DNA from: Sphaerodactylus townsendi
Taxonomy: Eukaryota
NCBI RefSeq assembly: GCF_021028975.2
Contig: NC_059439.1
Span: 21,948,001 to 22,012,000, forward strand
DNA: 64,000 bases
Reading direction: 5' to 3'
Shown here piece by piece: positions 35,543 through 48,706 of this stretch (within the stretch, counting starts at the first letter, position 1; every line of letters begins with the position of its first letter). Under the pieces are notes generated by a model. The model was given only the letters and a program-made list of their open reading frames with translations. It was not told the DNA's origin and did not search any database. Position numbers and translations under genes: made by a program.

Positions 35543-36509
35543 ATGGAGTCTCCATGCCAAACGTTGCAGAATGTCACAACTGTCACTGAATTTATACTTC
35601 TGGGACTCTCCAGCGACCCTGTAACCCAGGTCATTCTCTTTGGTGTCTTCCTGCTTATCTACTTGGTGGCCCTGATGGGGAACATTCTTATCCTTCTTAC
35701 CATCAGCTTGGATGACAAACTTCACAGCCCCATGTACTTCTTTCTGGGCAACCTCTCTATGGTAGATATTGGGTATACAACAGCCATTGTCCCCAAGATG
35801 CTGATGAATTACCTCTCCCAGGAAAAATCTATCTCTCTATCTGGTTGCTTATCCCAACTGTTCTTCTTTATCTCTTTTTTGGTGTGGCATTGAATGCCTC
35901 CCTGCTAGGAGTGTCATGGCATATGACCGAGTATGTTGCCATTTGCCCATCCCTTTGCATTACAGAGTGTTCATGAGAGCTTTCGCAAAGTCTGTGCCTC
36001 TTTAGCAGCCACTGCTTGGATTCTGGGCTTGGCTGAATTCAGGTGTACACACTGTAGCCTGATGTCCCGCTTTGTCTTTTTTTGTCCAGGACAATGTCAT
36101 CCATCACTTTTTCTGTGATGTCCCACCTCTCTTGCAGCTTTCTTGCTCCAACACTCAAATCAATCAAATTGCTGTCTTTGTGGTAAGTGGAAATGTGATC
36201 ATTGGTTCCTTTGTGTTGACACTAGTGTCCTATGTCTATATAGTGGCATCCATCCTCAGGATCCGTACAAAGGATGGGCGTCTCAAAGCCTTCTCCACCT
36301 GTGCTTCTCACCTGACTGTAGTCAACATATTTTATGTCGCTGGAATCTTTACCTACTTTCTCCCCAGCTCTCCTTCCTCTCCTGAAAAGAATCAGGTGCT
36401 TTCTGTTATGTATGGGATTATTGCACCTATGCTTAATCCTATAGTATACAGCCTGAGGAACAAGGATGTGCAAAATGCCCTTCAAAAAGTAATAGGTAAG
36501 GTGAAATAG
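35543..36509 (+). pseudogene. OR5V1-like OR with clustered frameshifts (pseudogene or assembly error)
   Basis: Intact N-terminal (35543-~35875) and C-terminal (~36085-36509) halves with all OR motifs; several 1-2 nt insertions between them. Confidence 0.85.
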
Positions 36510-36675
36510 AAGAAACTGATGTGTTTTCAGAGCTCAAATGACCATGTTTTCAAGAAACTTTGACATTCTGAAACTGATTGACACTGATTGACACTAAAGA
36601 TCAGTATTGAAGATGAATCATGGCTTTCATGGGTCCCCTCTGAAGAAAGAAAATCTTGAACTTAGTGTGAGCCAG

Positions 36676-36816
36676 GCCAGTGAAGAGAACCTCTGGCTCT
36701 CCAGATGTTCAGGAACTACAATTCCCATCAGCCCTCTGTCAGCATGGCCAGTTGGCCATGCTGGTAGGAGAGCTGATGGGAGGTAACCAGATTCCTGAAC
36801 TATCTGGAAAACACTG
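36676..36816. mobile_element. URR1-like hAT MITE, degenerate
   Basis: GGCTCTCCAGATGTTCAGGAACTACAATTCCCATCAGC...GGCCATGCTG; absent from the paralogous segment near 62610. Confidence 0.7.
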
Positions 36817-37506
36817 GAATACAATTAATAGCTAATAAAGAGCTGATTACCTCACCTTTTGCTAATTTCCCCCCTCTAAAAGAGACAGACTTCCATCATT
36901 TTGGGTAACAATATATGCATATATAGAGATGGCTATAGGGATTGATAAAAATACCCCTTCAGGACAGATGAGTGGAAAGACATTTTTTGATCATATGCCA
37001 TTGTATGACTTTAGTCTATAGTAAAATAAACAATTGATATTGGATGCCCTTTAGTGATATTAAGAATGTTCTTCCTAAAGCCTCCTATTTTCATTGGCCT
37101 GGCCATACTCCAAGGAGCTTGGGATGAGGTACATGGCTGTTCCTTCCTCTCTTGGCAATCCTGTCAATTAAGGTTGGCTGAAAGATAGATGATTGCTCAA
37201 AGATTACACAATGCATATTATGGCAGATTGGGGAATGAAGCTAGGTCTGTGCAGCAAAACACTGTTTTTTTTCTAGCAGTCTTTATAGTAGTCTGGTCAT
37301 GGATCTGTGGGAAACCCTGCTGCAGTTTTTTATTGCTATATCTCAAAAAAACAGCTCCCCATCAATGAACCCTGAAAAAGACTTTCCATAGGCTTCAATG
37401 GAGGCATTTTTCCTCAGCTGAAACCTTTGGGAAATCCTGGAAACCCAGAAGAAAAGCCAAAATTATTCAGCTTTTTCACATTTGGCTTGTTCGGATCCAG
37501 TCAAAT

Positions 37507-37806
37507 GCAGTGGCGTATGAGGTTAAGAGCTTGTGTATCTAATCTGGAGGAACCGGGTTTGATTCTCCGCTGTGCCGCCTGAGCTGTGGAGGCTTATCTG
37601 GGGAATTCAGATGAGCCTGTACACTCCCACACATACCAGCTGGGTGACCTTGGGCTAGTCACAGCTTCTCGGAGCTCTCTCAGCCCCACTTACCTCACAG
37701 GGTATTTGTTGTGAGGGGGGAAGGGCAAGGAGACTGTTAGCCCCTTTAAGTCTCCTGCAGGAGAGAAAGGGGGGATATAAATCCAAACTCTTCTTTTTCT
37801 TCTTCT
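37507..37806 (+). mobile_element. Squam3-like SINE, full length
   Basis: Close match to the reverse complement of 4054-4356. Confidence 0.85.
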
Positions 37807-40039
37807 GTTAGGCATATCCAAATGCACACCCCTACTGACGTCTGTGACTACCATGTGGTTTTTGTTCAAATCCATAGCTAGACAACTGCTACAGAATGAG
37901 GACAATCCTTTTTTATTCAGTAAATGTTGGGTTCAGTTTTTTTAAAAAACTGGAAATTTCAGCTAAAGCCAAATAATGCTTGTTTGGTTGTATTTAGCTT
38001 TTTACTGAAATTTGCGGGGTTGTCTTTTTTGAAAAATCTAGATCTGAATATTACCAAATTTAAAAAGATTATTCTCTCCCTCACTGCCATTTCCCTAATC
38101 CATATAGATCTGGTAGCATAGGGGGAAAGCTTCAACAATGCTGGACTCACACAAATACAGCCCCTGTGAGATATAGCTTTTGAAACCCCCCCCCCCACAG
38201 GCCATATGATTTCATGCATATTTGCTTGCTCAAAAGAGACCCGCTCCTTTTTTTTCCAATATCATAAAACCTAGTTGTATACAACTCCAAGTTATGACTT
38301 ACCCTGGCTGTAGAGTTCCTTGTTCAGCCATGTACGTTCCTTACTCAGATGTGTAAGGGCAACAACAAGGTCATGTTACCATCAGTAGGTTTCATAAGGT
38401 AAAAATGTTAATCTGTGTCTGTTCACTAAGAGGCAATTACTTTTTCGAATATTTGATGTTAGGCACATGACATGATAGTAAACATACCATGAAATGCCAT
38501 TCATAGATCATATGTGTTTCTGATATTTTTTCCCCCTGTAATTGTGACATGTTTTTAAATGAGAGATGTGGATGGTAGAGTAAAAATAGCATACCATCAT
38601 TTTATCATATTGAAGTTTGGTGATGGAAGGAAGAAATGGGTTCTAGATCAAGTCATGCCAGTTCAACTATTCCATGAGGGAGCTATAGAAAGGGCAACTA
38701 CAAGGTCATTTTACCATCAGTAGGTTTCATAAGGTAAAAATGCTAATGAGATGGACTGACTTTATAAAGGGAACGATGGCCCTAGGTTTGCAAGACCTGA
38801 GCAAGGCTGTTAGCAATAGGATATTTTGGAGGATTTTGATTCCTAGGGTCACTAGGGTCATTATCATTTTATTATTTTATTGAACTTACTTTCCCCAGCG
38901 GAAGGCTGGGTTCAGGGCGGCTAACACACATAATTAAGCCACAAACACATCAATATCAACTTCAAATTCAGCAATCATAAACAATAATAAACATTAAAAC
39001 GCTAGCACCCATTTGTATCAATGATGGTGACTGACAAATTGAAATGGTTGCTAGGATACCCACAAAGGGCCCCGATAAAGCTCAAAAAGTGTTTCAATCC
39101 CCACCCTATTGAAATATAATGTATTACTATTAGTGCAGGAGGAGGGGGGTCGTATTGGGAGGCCAGCAAGTTGGAAAGGGAGCCATCGGAGCCTCAATCA
39201 AAGTCCCCAGGGAACATCTCCATATTATAGGCCCTGTGGAGCCAAATCTCGTTGCAGTGGTTCCCTCAACTGTTTTTGCTTCTCCCACAAGAGACTTTGT
39301 TTATGATTTGAGTGCATTTGTAACATTTCTCAAAGGGACTCATTCTAACTATCCCCCTGAGAAATAATGTAAACTACACAAAGCTACATCATTTCAGCAG
39401 CAGCTTGCTATAGAGTAAGGCATAAGACATAAAAGGGGTCTGCAGATGAAAGGAAATTTCATTCTTGACTCTAGAATTGCAGCTTGCAAATGTCCATGGG
39501 ATAAACAAGGTTGGTTTTTGTGTCTTGCAAACAACTAGGGGAAAATGCGTCTGTTAGATTTCCCAACATGAGGGCAAAGTTACAAGGATAGTAGCAGACC
39601 CATTCTTTAAATGTGGGTTCACTGTGAAGAGATCCATTTTCAAAACAAGAGAACATTCTTTATGGGTTGTGTGCTAACTTCTCCCTATATCGCCAAGGTA
39701 ACATTTTGCTCACCAAGGTTCCTATCACTTAAGAGAGGAAGGGGCTAGTTGCAAAGAAGAAAGTGGATACTACTCATCTGAAATAAAAAGTACGGAAGAA
39801 AACAACCAACATGATAAGGGTTGAATAATTTTTTCATATGAGGAAAGGCTGAAGGATTTTGGACTGAAGGATTCTGGAATTTTCAGTCTAGAAAAAAACA
39901 CAGCTAAGGGGAGATATGTTAGAAATTTATAAAAAATTATGCTTAGGACTGAGAGTAAGATGTATTATAGAACTGACTTATGGTAATCCTGAGGGGTTTT
40001 CAAGGCTAGGGAAGTTTGCCATTGCCTGACTGTGTATGG

Positions 40040-40170
40040 ACTGAGAGAGTTCTGAGAGGACTGTGACTGGCCCAAGGTTACCCAGAAGACTTCTTGGAGA
40101 GGGGTGGGCATATGAACGTAGTTTGCCAAATCAGAGTCCACCACTCTTCACCACTACACCATGCTGGCTC
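40040..40170 (-). mobile_element. Old Squam3/MIR-like SINE fragment
   Basis: CTGTGACTGGCCCAAGGTTACCCAG...CCACTCTTCACCACTACACCATGCTGGCTC. Confidence 0.6.
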
Positions 40171-40591
40171 CCAGAGAAAGTAGACAGAGTGTGCTTTTTC
40201 TTACTCTGATATAATAATAGAATTTGGAGGAACTCAGTAAAGTTGTGTAGTTTGGTACCATTATGAGAAGAAAAGAATCACTGGAAAAAGCAATTATGCT
40301 AGGACCATGGTGGCGAACCTTTGGCACTCCAGATGTTATGGAAAACAATTCCCATCACCCCCTGCCAGCATGGACAATTGGCCATGCTGGCAGGGGAGCT
40401 GATAACATCTGGAGTCTGGGATTCCTACTATTAACTGAAAGGTTGAAGGCAGCAGGAAAAGATGAAGTCCCAAATGGGGACATATTTATTAAGGAATCCA
40501 CTGCCCTAAATCTGCAAGGCTGTTCATTATAAGATGCTTCCCCCTAAGTCATCCTGGTCTTTCTTTTACAGAGATATAATTCACTGGCAAA

Positions 40592-41527
40592 ATGGAAAGA
40601 AAGAACCAAACACATCTGAAAGAGTTTATTCTCCTGGGTCTGTCTGATGATCCTAATACCGAACCATTCCTTTTTGCGACAGGGCTGTTGATATACATGT
40701 TCACATTAGCAGGGAATCTGGCCATTATTATTTTAATACAGATTGACCAGCATCTCCACACCCCAATGTATTTCTTGCTGAGCCATTTGTCCTTTACTGA
40801 GATCTGCTACATCACCTCCACCATGCCAAAGATGTTATGGGTTCTTCTGTCGGGGGACAAGACCATCTCACTCCCTGGCTGTGCAGTCCAAATGTATTGC
40901 TTTCTAACCACAGTGGGTACGGAAGACGTTCTACTTACAGTCATGGCATATGATCGTTATGCTGCCATCTGCCACCCATTGCATTACATGCTACTCATGA
41001 ATCAGTCCGTGCTCAGATGGCTCATAGCAGCTTCGTGGGCCGTTGGAAATATTAATGGTGTTGTCAACACAGCCTTTATTTTCTCCCTGAATTTTTGTGG
41101 TCCCAATAAGATTGTGCACTTTTTCTGTGATATCCCACCTGTCTTGCATCTCTCTTGCTCTGACACTTCATTTGCTGAACTAGTGACTTTTATTGTCTCT
41201 GGAAGCATCATAACAGCAACTGTCTCCTTAATTGTCCTCTCCTATGCACTTATTGTCTTATCTGTGCTCAAAATCAGTACGGCTCGGGGCAGGATCAAGA
41301 CATTCTCCACTTGTGCCTCCCACCTTACTGTGGTGACTATCTACTACAGCACAGGCATCTTTACTTACCTGAGGCCTTCCTCCCGTCACTCCATGGAAAA
41401 TGGCCGTGTGATCTCTGTGTTATATACCATCGTCACTCCTTTGTTAAACCCTCTGATCTACAGCCTCAGGAACAAAGAAATGCAGGTAGCACTTCAGAAT
41501 GTTCTCGGAAAGAAACAAAATTGTTAG
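40592..41527 (+). CDS. Olfactory receptor (class II, OR5V1/OR10-like), intact, 311 aa
   Basis: LHTPMYFLL, MAYDRYAAIC, HFFCDIPP, TFSTCASHL and PLLNPLIYSLRN motifs; NQT glycosylation site. Confidence 0.95.
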   Translation: MERKNQTHLKEFILLGLSDDPNTEPFLFATGLLIYMFTLAGNLAIIILIQIDQHLHTPMYFLLSHLSFTEICYITSTMPKMLWVLLSGDKTISLPGCAVQMYCFLTTVGTEDVLLTVMAYDRYAAICHPLHYMLLMNQSVLRWLIAASWAVGNINGVVNTAFIFSLNFCGPNKIVHFFCDIPPVLHLSCSDTSFAELVTFIVSGSIITATVSLIVLSYALIVLSVLKISTARGRIKTFSTCASHLTVVTIYYSTGIFTYLRPSSRHSMENGRVISVLYTIVTPLLNPLIYSLRNKEMQVALQNVLGKKQNC

Positions 41528-41749
41528 TTATGAATGCTCAGAATTTATTGGTTTAGGCAAGCTTGACATTGCTTTATATTATGGCATGTGAAAAGAATCC
41601 ATTCATAATGAAGACTTGCCATTTATTATTCAGTTTATGCACCCCAGCTATAGTGCTGAATTGACCAGAGCAACTACAGAAGTTAATATCCTTCTCCTTC
41701 TGCCCCACCCTCATTTCCTTGGCTGAAAACTAAGGATATTGTTATTATT

Positions 41750-42320
41750 TAATAAAAAATTGCATTGTAATAAAATCAAACACAGCATAATCCTTTAAAA
41801 CTTGGATATATCTGCTATTCGTCCAGTTTTCCAGCTTTGTTACATTCTAGTTCAATTTTGTTAACATCTGATAGTTACTATAAAATTCAAAATTTCTTGT
41901 CTATATTGTCCTTTATGTCTTCAGTTGCCTAGATAAGATTATTCCACTTATTGTTGAAGGATTTATACAATCCAAGAAAACTTTCCATCTTCTCTCTGAC
42001 TCCATGGAGTGTCTGCTATGTACCAAAGATGTTTGTTTTATCATTGTTAAATATTCGGTGAGCTTACTCATTTCTTCCATGAGATCCGGGTAATGTTCAG
42101 CTTTTCATCTTATTGTAAATACAATTTTTGTTTCTGTTACCATATGTTGAAACAATTTGTTATATACTTTTGGTATATTGTTGGCACAATACTTAATAAC
42201 ATGCATTTAAGATCTAGCCCAAAGTTTATTTTCAATGTCTTCTGCAGCTCACCATGGATGATAGTCCAATATTTTATTGCCTCTTGCCATGATAAAAAGG
42301 CATCAGTGTTTTGGCATGAT
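41750..42320 (-). mobile_element. Degenerate L1-clade ORF2 3' remnant
   Basis: Minus-strand translation gives ..AIKYWTIIHGELQKTLKINF.., resembling the L1 ORF2 C-terminal region; A-rich on the minus strand. Confidence 0.4.
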
Positions 42321-42333
42321 AAAAAGGCATCAG

Positions 42334-42620
42334 GGAGCAGCAGTGGTGTAGTGGCTAAGAGCAGTGGCTAAGAGCAGGTGCACTCTGATCTGGAGGAACC
42401 GGGTTTGATTCCCAGCTTTGCCGCTTGAGTTGTGGAGGCTTATCTGAGGAATTCAGATTAGCCTGTACACTCCCACACACGCCAGCTGGGTGACCTTGGG
42501 CGAGTCACAGCTTTTCGGAGCTCTCTCAGCCCCACCCACCTCACAGGGTGTTTGTTGTGAGGGGGAAAGGGCAAGGAAGATATGTAAGGCCCTTGAGGTC
42601 TCCTGCAGGAGAGAAAGGGG
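42334..42620 (+). mobile_element. Squam3-like SINE running into the gap
   Basis: GAGCAGCAGTGGTGTAGTGGCTAAGAGC...GGAGAGAAAGGGG then N. Confidence 0.85.
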
Positions 42621-42810
42621 NNNNNNNNNNNNNNNNNNNNNNNNNNNNNNNNNNNNNNNNNNNNNNNNNNNNNNNNNNNNNNNNNNNNNNNNNNNNNNNN
42701 NNNNNNNNNNNNNNNNNNNNNNNNNNNNNNNNNNNNNNNNNNNNNNNNNNNNNNNNNNNNNNNNNNNNNNNNNNNNNNNNNNNNNNNNNNNNNNNNNNNN
42801 NNNNNNNNNN
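42621..42810. other. Assembly gap (190 N)
   Basis: Run of N. Confidence 1.
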
Positions 42811-43765
42811 GAGGATATGATTGAACATTTAAATGGGGAGGGAAAGAAAAGGAGAGGAACACCTGAATCATTCTGATGCCGAAGAACTGTTACTCTTAAC
42901 CATCTTTCATAATTGTCAAGCAGATCAGTTACTGAAACCCTGTTCACAGATTATACTTTCTGTATGCACAATCCATGCCCATGGGATACTTGATTGTTCT
43001 TTGTATGTGCACTGAGTAATTCTCATGTTGCAGTCAGCATGCATGTAGCTGAAAATTCAGGCATCGGCCCCCATTTTCATTCATGCTACACATGGCAGCT
43101 CTTTCCTACAAACAAATATAACCAAGATGTACATGCATGTAGCACGTGAGACAAATACTGATTTACAATAATTACACCCCCAGCAGAGCACTTTGCTCAA
43201 TGGATAACAACTCGTTGGTGGTTCCTGGCCCAAAAGATTAGGAGCCAGAGTGGTGGGCAAAAAAGAATGGGAAGGAACACTTTTTACAGTGTACAGGAGG
43301 GGACTGCACAGCTGGGGATGGAACAGGGCTACCAAACTCCAGGTGGGATCTGGACATCTTCCAGAATTATAACTGGTTTCCAGGTTGCATTGATCAGTTC
43401 CCTGGAGAAAATGGCAGATTCAGCGGGCAGAGTTTATAGCATTAAAGCTTCTCCTCTCCCAAACTTCTCACAACTCACCCCACAAAATTTCCCAAGCTGG
43501 AACTAGAAGAAAAGAAGAGGAGGAGGAGGAGGAGGAGGAGGAAGAGTTTGGATATATACCCCATCTTTCTCTCTTGAAAAGTGACTCAAGGTGGCTTGCA
43601 AGCTCCTTTCCCTTCCTCTCCCCACAACAGACACCTTGTGAGGTAGGTGGGGCTAAGCAGAGGTGTAGCTGCAATGGGGACGTCTGGGGCAGCTCGCCCT
43701 GGGCACCACCATTTCAGTCACATGGGAAGGTGGGGCTGGGGGCATTTCGGGGCAGAGCATGTTGA

Positions 43766-44036
43766 ATACATAGCAATGGCCATCCTCAGGATGGTGTGTC
43801 TCAAGGCTTTCTCGACCTGTACTTCTCACCTCACTGTAGTAAGTATCTACTTTGGCACCATAATTTTCACATACCTGAAGCCCAACTCCACATACTTCCA
43901 GGAGCAGGACCGAGCCTTACCTGATCTGTATGGGATTGTTGTACCTATGCTTAATCCAATTAAATACAGTTTATGGAATAGGGATGTGAAAAGGACACTT
44001 TGGAAAGCTATGAGTAGTTCTTAATAAGATAACGTG
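43766..44036 (+). pseudogene. 3' fragment of the 28631-type OR
   Basis: YIAMAILR..KAFSTCTSHLTVVSIYFGTIIFTYLKPNSTY..PMLNPIKYS; 5' two-thirds missing. Confidence 0.9.
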
Positions 44037-44683
44037 ACGAATTGCGCCCAGATATGCAGATGCTTTATCTAGTGAATAACCACAGTATTATTCCTTGGAA
44101 TTAAAATGGGCTGCAGCCCTTTTTATTATTAACATCATTAAGGCAGAAGCTGGGACAGCAAGAGGAGCACATCCATTCAGCAGCCGGTCAGCACCCCTGG
44201 CTGACCCCAGCAACAACCCTAAATTGGGGAGCACAGAGAGGTCGGGTTCACTGGGAGACCTGCTCTTTGTACCCCTAACTGCTGGGGTGTCAGGCTCAAA
44301 TTGCAGAGGCTTCCATGGCATGCGCCATGAGCCTGCCCCACCCCAAGCCTATTAAGGAGACCCCAAACGCAAGGAGGTCCATCGATGAGGTCCTCTTTAA
44401 AAACCGCCAGGGCTGCAACAAATAGAGCAGCCAACCCAACCCTGAAAACAGGGAGGGTGGGTGGGTCAGTTTGTTCCAGGCATTGAAGAAGGCCAGAGCA
44501 ACCGCATGCTGGCTAATATATAGGGAGCGTGATCCACTTTTCAAACTCGTGCGCACCATGCGATCAGGCGGGTGTGGCTCAGCTGTTCAGCCAGTCCAGG
44601 GCACGCATGCTCACTGCTCCAAAGCTCACCATGTGACCTGCCCCCTGTCGTAATTAAGGCCTAGTTGAATCTAGTGCCGGTAT
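44037..44683 (-). mobile_element. DIRS/Ngaro- or LTR-like insertion specific to this duplicate
   Basis: Interrupts GATAACGTGA|..|TTTGTAAACCAC, which is contiguous at 50522-50546. Confidence 0.55.
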
Positions 44684-46724
44684 TTTGTAAACCACAAATA
44701 GTTTTGGGCAAACTGATTTACCACTGGAGTAGAAGAATCAAGACTGAATGTGTGTACTGAATATATATATATATATTTAAAAGTCTTATGATATCTTAAC
44801 ATTTGACATATTGTGATCAAATGTTTCATTAGTCTCTGTTTGAAGAAGCAGAGTGACATTCAGTAGGCCCGGAACAGATAGGATATGCCACAGGTAAATC
44901 CACCCTTGACCATTGTCTGGTTTTAAATCATTTGGCGGAGAAATATTGCCACCCCAAGGGTGGGAAACTCCTTGCGGCTTTCCTAGATCTGAAATGCGCA
45001 TTTGACTCTATCCCCAGGAATCAGCTGTGGGAAAAATTGACAGTGTTGGGAATAGACCAGTAGAGTCATTTACGGGAGAGGGATGAAATACAAATTCTCT
45101 ACCCTATACTGTTAATTGCTAGGTCTGTTTTTCTAGAGTCATGTAGAACTGGGGCTCAGAATTCCTTGGTTCTGAAATAAGAACACTGAGTCAATATTTT
45201 TGTGGTTTCATCCCCAGCTATAGGGCATGAATCGTCTTTTTGGAGCAGATAATAAAAATAAAGAGTAGTAGAATGAGAATTCTTAATATTTCCCAATGCT
45301 GGGCTTTGGATAGACTGTAAGCATTTCTGAAAAGCAGAATTTTTCTGTGTTGAATTACAAATCTGTGTAACTGTACAACAACCTCCCCACCCAATACTGT
45401 ATTTAGTAACATAGCTTCCTTGGCTTTAGTGCTATTTTCATCCTTGGTTGTTGATTCCTTCTCCTTTCTGAATTAATCATATAGATTCCCAACCTTTCAC
45501 ACGTACCCTTGGTCACCCATTTTCCAAATAGTGCACCCCCACCCATATTAGCAAAATGCTTGTAATTAATTGAGTTGTTGTTATTTCAAATTTATAAGCT
45601 GTAACTGCAAATAAATAGTGCAATTATGAGATAAAAAACAAAGGAACAATAAAATGAACAAACAATGCCTATATGTTTACACTCCAAATTTTTCTGTATT
45701 TATTTATACCATCCTTGGAGAGTGGTATAAAGCAGAAGTCAGTAAGTTGAGTTGGGGCAAGGAATTGCTGAGTGTAATAAAGGGTCACTGCACACTTCAT
45801 GTATATATTGCTCAGACGTGTGAGGAAGAATCATGGAGCAGCAGCATCCATGTATTTGAAAGGATGTCTGGTTAATGATTCGTCCAGTCCCCAGTTCACA
45901 GCAGCTCCAAGGAACAATTGCTGCAACACCTTGTATCACAAACATATCTGGCTAAAAAAAGGTCTTGTTTCTGTTATTTTACACTCTCCTGCCCTTATTT
46001 CATCGAAGAGAGTGTGCTAATGACCCTAGGGAGTTCTTTCTTCATGTTAGTAACTTCCTTCACCTCCAGAGAATAGTGTCTGCACATAAAAGATGACGGC
46101 AAATATTTGTTCCTTTCTATTTAAAGGTTCAGTACCAACAGAGTTGATTTGAAAGTTCTTAGGTGAAAGACCACCCTGAAAAAGCCCTAACTGAGAAACA
46201 CAGAACTTGGACTTCTTATTGCAATGGAGATATGAATGCAGCTCCAAGAGAGATGATGTGATTGCCAGCCACAGCATTCTTAGATCTTGAATCAATCAAC
46301 ACGGCTTGCAGTAGCAAATAACAAACTAGTCCTTGCTGGGTTTTGATCCCAGAATCATTGTAATGGCTTTCTGGATCTTGGAGGCACTTCAGAGGATAAC
46401 TTGAAGGAGCCTGTCTACTCTTGATTCAACTCTCAGGTGAAGCAACAGATGTCTTGAACTGTTATGTAACATAGATGAAGGCTGGATGATGGCTTATAAA
46501 TTAACACTCTGTTCTGGTAACATTGGTATGCCAATCAAGATTTGAGGAATCTTCCTGTTTGGGTGGAGGGTGCTTTAAGAACCAGGGGCACAGATGAAGG
46601 CACAGCTCTGTGTAACATGGTGTTCCTTTAGTTAGCATTACCCAGCTTGCCCAGACGTGTGAGCATTATAGTCTTCTCAGTAGTGATGCCCAGGGTTGAC
46701 TTCTGCCTCCAGAGAAGCTCACAT

Positions 46725-47105
46725 GAGACTTAGGGAGCTGGGTATGTTTAGTTTGGTGACGAGAAAGTTAAGAGGTGACATGATAGCCATGTTTAGATAT
46801 TTGAAGGGATGTCATGTTGCCAAGGGAGCAGGCTTGTTTTCTGCTGCTCCAGAGACTAGGACCAGGAGTAATGGATTCAAAGTGCTGGAATAGAGATTCT
46901 CCACAAACATTAGGGAGAACTTCCTGATGGTAAGGGCTGTTCAACAGTGGAATGCACTACCTCAGAGTGTGGTGGAGTCTTCTTCTTTGGGGGTTTTCAA
47001 AGAGAGGCTGGTTGACCATCTGTCAGGAGTTCTTTTATATGATCCTGCATCGCCCGGGGTTTGACTTGATGGCCCTTGGGATCTCTTCCAATTCTATAAT
47101 TCTAC
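46725..47105 (+). mobile_element. CR1 3' fragment
   Basis: RLRELGMFSLVTRKLRGDMIAMFRYLKGCH..LFSAAPETRTRSNGFK is the CR1 ORF2 C-terminus. Confidence 0.85.
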
Positions 47106-47382
47106 ATTTTACAATCTAGTCAAGGTAAATTTGGTTCTCGAATTCTACCATCCGGAGGACTAAATGTTCCCCTGGAAATGAGACATTGGCCCACAAATAG
47201 TTTACCTACCCCTTTGGTACATGTGATACATTTATGCTGTCTGAACTGAAAAAGTGTGGTGACCATGGACAGTGAATAATAAAAGCTGACTACTGTCTTT
47301 TATTTGTTGTCTTTATGAAACTGCTGGCATGCATTGATCAAACTGCCTCACACACATCTGCCCAAAAGGTCCACTGTCCTGC

Positions 47383-48336
47383 ATGAAGATGGACTTCACC
47401 AAGCTTCCGGGAAGACAGAACAAGACCTGGATCACAGAGTTTGTCCTCTTGGGATTCTCTCTTGACTCAAAGAAACAGATTCTTCTCTTTGCTCTTGGCT
47501 TATTAGCTTATCTTGTAACTTTGGCAGGGAATGTAGCCATCATTACATTGATCCGGATAGATCAGTGCCTCCAAACTCCCATGTACTTCCTCCTGGGCTA
47601 TCTGTCTTGTATTGAAATCTGCTGGATTTCCACCACTGTCCCAAAGATGTTATGGGACCTCTTGCTGGGAGACAAGACCATCTCTTTCATAGGCTGTTCA
47701 CTCCAAATGTATTTCTTTGTCACATTTGGGAGTATGGAGTGTGTGATTCTCTCAGCTATGGCATATGACCGCTATGCAGCTATCTGCCACCCACTACGCT
47801 ACACCATTCTTATGAGCCAGAAAATATGCCAGGGATTCCTGGCATGTTCCTGGGCTATTGGAAACATCAATTCCATTGTCAACACAGCCTTGGTATTTTC
47901 CCTTGATTTCTGCCATTCCAATGAAATTGACCACTTCTTCTGTGACATTCCTCCCCTCCTGCAACTCTCTTGCTCGGATATCTTGGATAGCCAGTTGGTG
48001 ACCTTCACAATCTCTGTTGGTATCATGATTGTGGCTTTCTGCCTGATCCTTTTTTCCTATATCCTCATTGTCTCCTCAGTGTTAAAAATCCATACAGCTC
48101 AGGGTAGGATGAAGGCGTTTTCCACATGTGCATCCCATCTCACTGTGGTGAGCATCTTCTATGGTGCCCTCATGTACATGTACATACGCCCTTCCTCTAG
48201 TCATTCCATGGAACAGGACCGCCTGGTAGCTATGCTATATGTCATCATTACTCCAATGCTCAATCCTGTAATCTACAGTTTCAGGAACAAGGAAGTGCAT
48301 GGGGCTGTTCGACGAGTGCTTCGTAAGAACAAGTGA
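47383..48336 (+). CDS. Olfactory receptor (class II), intact, 317 aa
   Basis: LQTPMYFLL, MAYDRYAAIC, HFFCDIPP, KAFSTCASHL and PMLNPVIYSFRN motifs; NKT glycosylation site. Confidence 0.95.
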   Translation: MKMDFTKLPGRQNKTWITEFVLLGFSLDSKKQILLFALGLLAYLVTLAGNVAIITLIRIDQCLQTPMYFLLGYLSCIEICWISTTVPKMLWDLLLGDKTISFIGCSLQMYFFVTFGSMECVILSAMAYDRYAAICHPLRYTILMSQKICQGFLACSWAIGNINSIVNTALVFSLDFCHSNEIDHFFCDIPPLLQLSCSDILDSQLVTFTISVGIMIVAFCLILFSYILIVSSVLKIHTAQGRMKAFSTCASHLTVVSIFYGALMYMYIRPSSSHSMEQDRLVAMLYVIITPMLNPVIYSFRNKEVHGAVRRVLRKNK

Positions 48337-48706
48337 TGGTATGCAGTTGATGGCTTGACAAGGTCCTCCCAAAGATAAAATAATTTTTCTGTGTTTCAAC
48401 CTGAAAGTGGTTTGCAAAAGATGTAACAAAATGTCTACCAGCTATTTATAAAAATCAGTTGTTAAATCATCTAACACTGGTGTTTTGTGTGGTTTAAAAA
48501 TAGCAATGATTTTTTTTCCAATGTTGCCTCTATGTTAAAATTTCCGAACTTTGCTTACAATGTAAGATTTCAGGGGGTTTCACCTGCTTCAAAAAACCTT
48601 TAGTCTTAACAATAGTAGGGTGTTGTATTTGACATAGAAGTATTTTAAATGAACTAATAAAATTATTGACACCATCGAACAAATGTTTAGTATAATTGTG
48701 TTCAAT

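Noticed and set aside
44866-45058. Copy-specific ~190-bp insert in duplicate B
   Set aside because: Termini and TSD are too degenerate to assign a family.
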